From the IMG/VR virus record IMGVR_UViG_3300026962_000013, positions 1 through 40,569 of that record: a stretch of 40,569 bases of DNA. One strand, written 5' to 3'. The position numbers and the translations under genes are program-made. Shown in pieces: positions 1 through 6,401 of the stretch. Origin of the DNA: a virus. Numbering within the stretch: the first letter of the stretch is position 1; each line of letters begins with the position of its first letter. Under the pieces are notes generated by a model, which saw only the letters and a program-made list of their open reading frames with translations, did not search any database and was not told the DNA's origin.

Positions 1-663
1 GTGACGGTAATCGATAGTCGGGCAGACATCGTCGTCGATAGTCCCATCGACCGGGCGACCATCCGCACCGTCACCGACGGCGTCCTCGCGACCTGTACGG
101 CGACCCACTGCAACTGGCAGGGATTGTTCCCGAGCGCCGGCCTCGCGAAGCAGGCGGTCGAGTCCCATTACGACCACGAGCGGCGGAGCGGCCAGTACCA
201 CTACGGGAACCGGACGTACACGATCGTCCTGCTCCTCGACAGCGAGACGGCCCAGACCGTCGACGAGTCCGCACTCGGCCTAGACGTCGCGTCGAACCGG
301 TTGCGGACGATCGACGGCGATGTCCGCGAGTACGAGTTCCCCCGCACGAACGGTGACGTGTCGGGCATCGTCGGCCGCGGCGACGTGATCGCACGGCACC
401 ACCGGGAGGACGCCGTCGTCGAGTCCGTCACCGAGACCCGGTCGCTCGGCCTGCCGACCTGGACGGTCCGCTACCTCGATTCCGGCGTTCCCTTCACCGA
501 AGCGACCACACGCGACTACTACTGGATCAACGAGTGCATCGCCCAGGACGGCGAGGTGTACCAGAGTTTCGGTGAGGACCCGCTCGCGACGCCGGCGTTC
601 GAGGTCGTCGGCACCGTCGACCACCAAGCCAACCTCTCTGCGTTCGGAGGGGTCTCTGGATGA
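1..663 (+). CDS. Hypothetical viral protein with C2H2-like motif and C-terminal PIP-box-like QANLSAF
   Basis: 220 aa acidic ORF; CxxxxC...H...H motif; stop overlaps next ATG (ATGA). Confidence 0.7.
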   Translation: MTVIDSRADIVVDSPIDRATIRTVTDGVLATCTATHCNWQGLFPSAGLAKQAVESHYDHERRSGQYHYGNRTYTIVLLLDSETAQTVDESALGLDVASNRLRTIDGDVREYEFPRTNGDVSGIVGRGDVIARHHREDAVVESVTETRSLGLPTWTVRYLDSGVPFTEATTRDYYWINECIAQDGEVYQSFGEDPLATPAFEVVGTVDHQANLSAFGGVSG

Positions 664-1019
664 CGCGTCCGCCGCGGGCGGCCGCCAACCGGTTCCTCGA
701 CCACGACCTCCTCGACAACCCGACGCGAGCCCGCACCGCCCAGGCCCGTATCCGCGGATTAGAAACCCAGGGCCGCGTCGAAACGTGGCGTAGCGTCGAA
801 CTCGCCCTTGACCGCGGCCCCCGACAACAGGTCATCGCCTGGCTCAACCACCGGCAACAGGTCCTCGACACCATCGGCGACCAACCCGAAGACCTGAGCG
901 AGGCGCCACGCGCTGACCGCAACCCCCCAGACCGAGAGTGGGTCTGGATCGGCGTCGACGGCGAGGACCGCGCCTTCGACGACCGACCCACTCGCGCAGA
1001 CGTCGGAGGCCACCCATGA
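660..1019 (+). CDS. Hypothetical viral protein
   Basis: ATGA overlaps with both neighbours; 119 aa. Confidence 0.7.
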   Translation: MTRPPRAAANRFLDHDLLDNPTRARTAQARIRGLETQGRVETWRSVELALDRGPRQQVIAWLNHRQQVLDTIGDQPEDLSEAPRADRNPPDREWVWIGVDGEDRAFDDRPTRADVGGHP

Positions 1020-1282
1020 CCGGTGGGGCGTACGGTATCGACGAGGACACCAAACGCGAGATCTACGAGGCCGTCGTCGACGCCGAGGACCGGGGTGACA
1101 CCCTCGTCGCGGGTGGCGTCCAACCCCGCGTCGTCGCGGAGGAGCTGGACCTCACTGTCCAGGTGGTGAATCGGTACCTCCGATTCCTCGAGGTGGAGGG
1201 GGCCCTCGTCGAGTCGTGGGGATTCGATGAGGGTGGGGTGGTGAAACGCGGGTTCTGTGTTTCAACGGGGGATGGTTTATGA
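1016..1282 (+). CDS. Winged-helix DNA-binding protein
   Basis: ATG 1016 overlaps upstream stop; PRVVAEELDLTVQVVNRYLRFLEVEG HTH pattern. Confidence 0.75.
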   Translation: MTGGAYGIDEDTKREIYEAVVDAEDRGDTLVAGGVQPRVVAEELDLTVQVVNRYLRFLEVEGALVESWGFDEGGVVKRGFCVSTGDGL

Positions 1283-1821
1283 CTGAGGACACGCCAGTAT
1301 CTGGTACAGGCACCACCAGGGTTCGTGACTCGGGGGAGAGACCCCGCCAGCCCGTGGTGTCCCTGCACCCCATCCTCACCGAGGACATTCTCGAAGCCGG
1401 GGATGTCTGTCAGAACTGTCATCGCCGCATCCGCAGTCGACGCGTCCACCGCCGCAGCCGCGACCCCGCCTCGCCGACGAGTGTCCGCCGAAGCAAGTAT
1501 CGGCGCCGACGTCGGTCGACCGTCGTCGACTACGGGCCCGGCGACACCGCCGACGAGTCCCGCGGCGTCTGGTGTCACTGCGGCGCCGAAGACGCGTGGA
1601 CGAGGTTGTGGGAAACAGCGCACTGGGAGCGGGTGCGGGAGCTGATCAAGGCGACCATCCGCACCCTCGAGTCCAAGGGGTACACCGTCGACCGTGACGC
1701 GTTCGCGCTCGTCGCACTCGCCCGGTGTGGGACAGCACCCATCGGACCGAACGGCATCGCCGCCGCGTTGTCCGCATCGATCGCGGCAGGCGTCGACGAG
1801 TCACACCCCATCGACACGTAG
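1279..1821 (+). CDS. Zn-finger-containing hypothetical viral protein
   Basis: CQNC and WCHCG motifs; translationally coupled to upstream gene. Confidence 0.7.
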   Translation: MTEDTPVSGTGTTRVRDSGERPRQPVVSLHPILTEDILEAGDVCQNCHRRIRSRRVHRRSRDPASPTSVRRSKYRRRRRSTVVDYGPGDTADESRGVWCHCGAEDAWTRLWETAHWERVRELIKATIRTLESKGYTVDRDAFALVALARCGTAPIGPNGIAAALSASIAAGVDESHPIDT

Positions 1822-1826
1822 TCAGT

Positions 1827-2060
1827 ATGCCTACATCAATCACGGTGTCCCGGGACCCGTCGGAGTACCGACCGACGATCCATGCCGGGCAACGCGCGAA
1901 AGAGCGTGGCATCAACTGGGATCGGGTGGCGGACGCGATCGACGGTGGCGAGGTGCGGCAGACGCATCGGCGTGGGTGTCGGTTGTTCGTCGACGACGGG
2001 GTCGGTGTGGTCGTCGACGTGGCCGACCGAGAGATATTGACGGTGGGTTGGTACGAGTAG
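1827..2060 (+). CDS. DUF4258-like protein (RelE/BECR-fold nuclease-like)
   Basis: 77 aa from ATG 1827; HAxxRxxERGI...V...I..G...VVVD...ILTV pattern typical of DUF4258. Confidence 0.7.
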   Translation: MPTSITVSRDPSEYRPTIHAGQRAKERGINWDRVADAIDGGEVRQTHRRGCRLFVDDGVGVVVDVADREILTVGWYE

Positions 2061-2149
2061 GTCCCGATGACGGCCGCTGGGGTGCTCCCATGCTCGAGGG
2101 TGTTGCACCGGTCGCGGATGCTGGCAGCTCGTCCGCGAGGATACGTGGT

Positions 2150-2343
2150 CACGGGGATCGGTTCGAGTCCTGTCACTGTGAGTTGCCGACTGCGGCAGCG
2201 AATACGTGCCCTCGCCTCGACGCTGGGTGCCCCCTGGATAACAGGGGATCGCGGGGTCGGGGATTCCCGGGGGTCAGGTGAGAGTCCTGGCTGCCGCACA
2301 TTCGCCTCGTTGGCGGTGCGTGGTTCGACTCCACGCCGAGGTA
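2150..2343 (+). ncRNA. Three small T-loop-capped tRNA-like units (2150-2181, 2251-2298, 2304-2343) plus hairpins
   Basis: T-loops TTCGAGT (2162-2168), TGAGAGT (2279-2285), TTCGACT (2324-2330), each closing a stem that stacks on a short acceptor-like stem. Confidence 0.5.
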
Positions 2344-2355
2344 TCGGCGGATAAG

Positions 2356-2441
2356 GCCGTGAATGGGTGTTGACCCTGCGGAGGCGGTAAACCCGTCTAA
2401 GGCGTTCACGCGTCTGAGTGGGTGAGAACCCTGTCACGGCA
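2356..2441 (+). ncRNA. Non-canonical class-II-like cloverleaf RNA (86 nt)
   Basis: 7-bp GCCGTGA/TCACGGC acceptor + discriminator A, three internal hairpins, T-arm with TGAGAAC loop. Confidence 0.55.
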
Positions 2442-2450
2442 CCGTCGCAC

Positions 2451-2634
2451 GGGCCGATAGCTCAATGGTAGAGTCGGAGAGTAGCGCCACCCGACGTAGA
2501 TTACCCCCGATGTTCACCCCGGAAGGCGCGTCCGGTGTTGGGCGGCATCGGTGAGGTAGAGCGGCACCCGTCCCTGGGTGTGGCGCTCCACGCGATTCGG
2601 AAGCAACGTGCAGGTTCAACTCCTGCTCGGCCCA
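2451..2634 (+). ncRNA. tRNA-like RNA with ~105 nt structured insert in the anticodon arm (184 nt)
   Basis: GGGCCGA/TCGGCCC-A acceptor, TAGCTCAATGGTAGAG D-arm, GCAGG-TTCAACT-CCTGC T-arm; no canonical anticodon loop. Confidence 0.75.
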
Positions 2635-2724
2635 CTCGCCCGCCTGCCGCGGCAGGTGGGAAGTCGCGGGCTGAAAGACGCCAAAGGGAGCGACATCCGA
2701 GCGTTCCCCTACAGCGCGGCGTTC

Positions 2725-2943
2725 GGACCGATAGCTCAGTCTGGGAGAGCACCGGGCTTAGTTCCGTGGTAGTAATCGACCGGGTGACTGAACGCCGCGA
2801 GGCAAATAGGGTGGTCCGGTCGTGAACAAGACGCGGGAAGCGCCATAAGTAGGGAGATACGGCGGGACGCCGCCGTGCCGGTGACGGCTATCCCGAAGGC
2901 GTGGATTGCCTGGCTGTCCCGAGTTCAAATCTCGGTCGGTCCA
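2725..2943 (+). ncRNA. tRNA-like RNA with 152 nt structured insert replacing the anticodon loop (219 nt)
   Basis: GGACCGA/TCGGTCC-A acceptor, GCTC-AGTCTGGGA-GAGC D-arm, CCGGG/CCTGG anticodon stem, CTGTC variable loop, CCGAG-TTCAAAT-CTCGG T-arm. Confidence 0.8.
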
Positions 2944-2945
2944 CT

Positions 2946-3013
2946 GGCCCACGGGTACCCCCGTTGAACCAACCCCACCGGGGTTGGGACCAGCCCCCGA
3001 GGCTGGGTGGGCC
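2946..3013 (+). ncRNA. Four-way-junction RNA without tRNA consensus
   Basis: GGCCCAC/GTGGGCC closing stem enclosing three hairpins (including CCAACCCC/GGGGTTGG and CCAGCC/GGCTGG). Confidence 0.45.
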
Positions 3014-3069
3014 TCCAACCCCGACGCGGCCTCTCCTCCCCCGAGGACGTGACTTCCCCGCGTCACCAA

Positions 3070-3098
3070 CCCGCGTCGACCTCACCCGTCGACGCGGG
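3070..3098. repeat. Perfect 11-bp inverted repeat
   Basis: CCCGCGTCGAC-CTCACCC-GTCGACGCGGG just upstream of ATG 3114. Confidence 0.85.
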
Positions 3099-3113
3099 CC
3101 TCAACACACATTC

Positions 3114-3446
3114 ATGACTGTCGAGCAAAGCCCGATCAGACAACCACTCGCCACCCACCCCGTCACCCGGGTGAAAGCCGAACTCGCCTGCCTCCTCCTC
3201 GTCTTCGTTCCCCACCACGACAACAGCCACACCAGAAAAGTCGCGACGTGGATCCTCGTCGCCACCTGGGCGATCATCACCGTCCTCGTCTCGACCGGCG
3301 ACGCCAACGCCACCGCCACCTACGGTGTCTTGAGCGCTGTCGTGTGGTCGTTGATCGGGCGGTGGTGGGGGATCGAGGCGGACCTGCAGGCATTCGGCGG
3401 CACGATCACGCTCAACCAACAGCAAGACGATTCCAACGACAAATGA
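3114..3446 (+). CDS. Small membrane protein (holin-like candidate)
   Basis: ATG 3114; 2-3 hydrophobic segments, charged C-terminus. Confidence 0.6.
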   Translation: MTVEQSPIRQPLATHPVTRVKAELACLLLVFVPHHDNSHTRKVATWILVATWAIITVLVSTGDANATATYGVLSAVVWSLIGRWWGIEADLQAFGGTITLNQQQDDSNDK

Positions 3447-3748
3447 GTCACGACTCCTCGACTGAGACCGGGTCCGAGTCGGCGAACGTCGACGACTTCC
3501 TCAAGGACCTCACATGGAACGAAGTCCACCTGTTCGAACTCGGATTCGCCGCCGGATTCCTCGCCCGGAAACCCAGGGCCGGCTACCAGGACAAGATCCC
3601 CGACCCCCAAACCAGGACCGAGTTGAACTGGAGTCACAACAAGTGGTACTTCACCACGGGATACGTCCTCGGCTACCTCACGAAAGCCACTGTCCTGGGG
3701 AGTTCAGCACTCGGCCTCTCCGAACTCAGGGGGCTCCTCCCCGCATGA
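3443..3748 (+). CDS. Small hypothetical (likely membrane) protein
   Basis: ATG overlaps upstream stop; hydrophobic C-terminal segment. Confidence 0.65.
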   Translation: MSHDSSTETGSESANVDDFLKDLTWNEVHLFELGFAAGFLARKPRAGYQDKIPDPQTRTELNWSHNKWYFTTGYVLGYLTKATVLGSSALGLSELRGLLPA

Positions 3749-3766
3749 CACGGAGGGGTCGCTGAC

Positions 3767-5026
3767 ATGGTCGCCGACGACATCGACCTCACACAGAACC
3801 AGGAACGCGTCCTACACTTCCTCCCCGCAGACAAACACGATATCGCCGCCGAACTCGAGTGCGCAGAGAACACCGCGAAGTACTACATCGAAAAACTGCG
3901 GGACAAAGGCGTTGACATCGTCTGGAACCCAGACACCGGCACCTACACCCATGCCACCGACAACGAAGACACCGAGTCAGACCCCCTCCCCACCTTCGAC
4001 ACCACCAACACGGACACGATCCCCACCACCGACGACCTCCCCGACGGCCTCCTCCGAACCCTCCGCCAAGACGGGTTAACCTACGACGACTTCAACACCG
4101 AGTACGGGTGGAGCCGCGACCAAGTCAGCCGCCTCCTCCAACGCCTCCGCGAAGCCGGATACGAACTCGAATACGAGACCATCGACGACAACGGCACCCG
4201 CCTCTGGTACATCCCCGACGACGGCGACAAACGCTACCGCCTCGGCAACGGCGACGGCCGCTACCGCTTCGGCCTCATCAGCGACACACACCTCGGCGCC
4301 AAAACCGAACGATTAGACGACCTCCACGACTTCTACGACCGCCTCGTCGACCACGGCATCGACCTCGTCTTCCACGCCGGCGACATCGGCGACGGCTGGA
4401 AAGTCCACCGCAACCACGTCAACGGCGTCAAAGGCAAAGCCACCGGCTGGGAACGACTCCGCGACTACGTCATCGACAACTACCCACACCGAGACGACAT
4501 CGACACCCTGTTCATCGAAGGCAACCACGACCACAAACTCTACCGCCGCGAAGGCATCCACTTCGGCGAACTCATCGACCAACGCCGCGACGACCTCCAC
4601 TACCTCGGCGACAGCCAAGCCCGCATCGTCTTCGACGACACAAACGACATCGACCTCGAACTCATCCACCCCGCCGGCGGCAAACCCTACACCCTCGGCT
4701 ACCGCCTCCAAACACTGTACCGCGAACGCCCCCTCCACGACCGCCCCACCATCGCCGCCATCGGCCACCTCCACGGCCAAATGCAAGCCGAATCCGAAGG
4801 CGTCCTCGGCTTCTACACCGGGTGCTGGAAAGACCTCACCACCTACGGGCAAAGGCGAGGCCACAAAGGCGCCATCGGCGGCTGGATCATCGACCTCGAA
4901 ATCCAAAGCGGCGAAGTCCGCAGCCTCGGCACCCGCTGGGTCACCTACGGCGACGGCGAAACCACCCAACACTACTCGATGCATGACATCAGCGACATGA
5001 TCGACGCCACCCCCCAAACCTTCTAA
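3767..5026 (+). CDS. Calcineurin-like metallophosphoesterase with two N-terminal HTH domains
   Basis: Motifs ISDTH, HAGDIGDG, GNHD, IHP, GHLH; N-terminal DIAAELECAENTAKYYIEKLR and WSRDQVSRLLQRLR HTH patterns. Confidence 0.88.
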   Translation: MVADDIDLTQNQERVLHFLPADKHDIAAELECAENTAKYYIEKLRDKGVDIVWNPDTGTYTHATDNEDTESDPLPTFDTTNTDTIPTTDDLPDGLLRTLRQDGLTYDDFNTEYGWSRDQVSRLLQRLREAGYELEYETIDDNGTRLWYIPDDGDKRYRLGNGDGRYRFGLISDTHLGAKTERLDDLHDFYDRLVDHGIDLVFHAGDIGDGWKVHRNHVNGVKGKATGWERLRDYVIDNYPHRDDIDTLFIEGNHDHKLYRREGIHFGELIDQRRDDLHYLGDSQARIVFDDTNDIDLELIHPAGGKPYTLGYRLQTLYRERPLHDRPTIAAIGHLHGQMQAESEGVLGFYTGCWKDLTTYGQRRGHKGAIGGWIIDLEIQSGEVRSLGTRWVTYGDGETTQHYSMHDISDMIDATPQTF

Positions 5027-5081
5027 CCCACATGAGCCTCCACCCCCACCCCACCACCCAGAAAATCAGCCTCGACCCCTA

Positions 5082-5360
5082 ATGAAACCACAACGCCCCT
5101 ACCGAGCGCTCCGCGCTGCCGTCGGAACGGTCGCCATCCTCGCGCTCCTCGGCATCTGGGTCCACTCCATGTACGCCGGCCAGCCGCTCGACACACTCTG
5201 GCAGCTGGCCGTCCTCATCGTGATCCTCGGCGGTGCCGTCGCGGATTACGGCAAGGACACCTTCGACCAGGCCGCCCAGGCCGCGAAGGACGTCGCCGGG
5301 AACGACCCGTCCGGGGATGGTGGCGGTGCGGAATCGACCGAACAGGCGGCCGACAACTGA
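5082..5360 (+). CDS. Two-TM membrane protein (holin-like candidate)
   Basis: Two hydrophobic helices, basic N-terminus, acidic tail; position just before terminase. Confidence 0.65.
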   Translation: MKPQRPYRALRAAVGTVAILALLGIWVHSMYAGQPLDTLWQLAVLIVILGGAVADYGKDTFDQAAQAAKDVAGNDPSGDGGGAESTEQAADN

Positions 5361-5379
5361 CCCTTTCTGAAAACACCCC

Positions 5380-6012
5380 ATGGGGGAACACGATCGGACC
5401 TGGGAAGACGAGTGCGGCGACCACGGTGGTCGTCGGCAAGACGGCGAGCCCTGCGGCCGCCAGGCGGGCTGGGGGACTCCGAACGACTCGGGGCGCTGCC
5501 GGCAGTGCCTGGGGACGTCGGCCGACGGCTCGTCTCATGAGGACAACACGAACGCCGTCACACACGGCGCCTACGCCGACTGCAACTCGTACTACCAGAA
5601 AGTCCTTGACGACGGCCTCCGGCAGTTCGTCGACGACGTCTTCGCGGACTACCTGGAGAAGTACGAGCAGCTGCACGGCGAGCCGCCCCTCGGCCTCGAG
5701 GCAGAGCTCTTCCGGGTGTCGGTCACCCACGCAAAGGACATCGGCCTCGATCGCTGGGCGGACGAAAAACCCCAGGGGCTCGAGAGCGGCCACCCACTCG
5801 TCGACGAGGAGACGGAGATCGTCCCGATCGGCGAAGGGAAGACCGAGACGCAGCGTCGCTATCGGGAGTCGGTCGTGCTGGCGGCCCAGAAGAAGCTTTC
5901 GAACGACCGCCGCATGTGGTTGAAAGACCTCGGCTTGCTCGAGGATCCGGACTCGCAGAACGCCGCCGCCCGGGGCGACGTCGCCGACGCGCTTCGCGAG
6001 GTACTCCAATGA
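5380..6012 (+). CDS. Terminase small subunit (putative)
   Basis: Cys-rich N-terminus with HGG...GTS...NTNAVTHGAY motif; position upstream of large subunit. Confidence 0.75.
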   Translation: MGEHDRTWEDECGDHGGRRQDGEPCGRQAGWGTPNDSGRCRQCLGTSADGSSHEDNTNAVTHGAYADCNSYYQKVLDDGLRQFVDDVFADYLEKYEQLHGEPPLGLEAELFRVSVTHAKDIGLDRWADEKPQGLESGHPLVDEETEIVPIGEGKTETQRRYRESVVLAAQKKLSNDRRMWLKDLGLLEDPDSQNAAARGDVADALREVLQ

Positions 6013-6401
6013 CGGTCCAGATCCTCGTCGAGCCCGACGACGTCGCCCGGCAGCTGCGCGACTACGTCCGCGATCACCCCGACGTCCGGAAGGATCGCTA
6101 CGCCGGCGAAGGCGACCCCATCGAAGGCGCGTGTTACGTGCTCGCCGAGGCGTACTTCCACCTTCGCGGCGGGACGGAATCCCCGTTCGACGTCTACCGA
6201 CTCGACTGGGGTGAGGTCTACGACGGTGTCGAGGGCGCGCACTGGTTCCTTCGCGATGGTGACGACATCGTCGATCTGTCGCTACCGAACCCCGAAGACG
6301 GCTCGGACGTCCCGTGGGATGTCGGCCGGCACCGGGCTTTCATCACTGGCTACGAGCCGAGCAATCGAACGGAGCGCGTCCTGGAGGACCTCAAGACATG
6401 A
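6009..6401 (+). CDS. Papain/transglutaminase-fold-like protein (putative Cys-His-Asp triad)
   Basis: ATG 6009; GACYVLAEAYFH...HWFL...VDLS motif order; coupled to both terminase genes. Confidence 0.6.
   Translation: MTVQILVEPDDVARQLRDYVRDHPDVRKDRYAGEGDPIEGACYVLAEAYFHLRGGTESPFDVYRLDWGEVYDGVEGAHWFLRDGDDIVDLSLPNPEDGSDVPWDVGRHRAFITGYEPSNRTERVLEDLKT

Noticed and set aside
2757-2908. Group I intron in the anticodon loop (U at 5' site, G at 3' end, GTGACTGAAC resembles the R element)
   Set aside because: About 150 nt is shorter than the smallest group I introns I know (about 200 nt), and no downstream AGTC-type P7 partner exists.
2451-2943. Calling the two large units ordinary intron-containing tRNA genes (e.g. 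Leu-TAG or Ile)
   Set aside because: No strict bulge-helix-bulge fits by hand; rejoined loops of unit F have U37/G38 and unit E has no clear anticodon loop. Left as ncRNA pending splicing tests.
2067-3085. Several ORFs called across the RNA block on both strands
   Set aside because: Arg/Pro/Gly-rich, non-acidic, no coupling or SD; typical high-GC noise.
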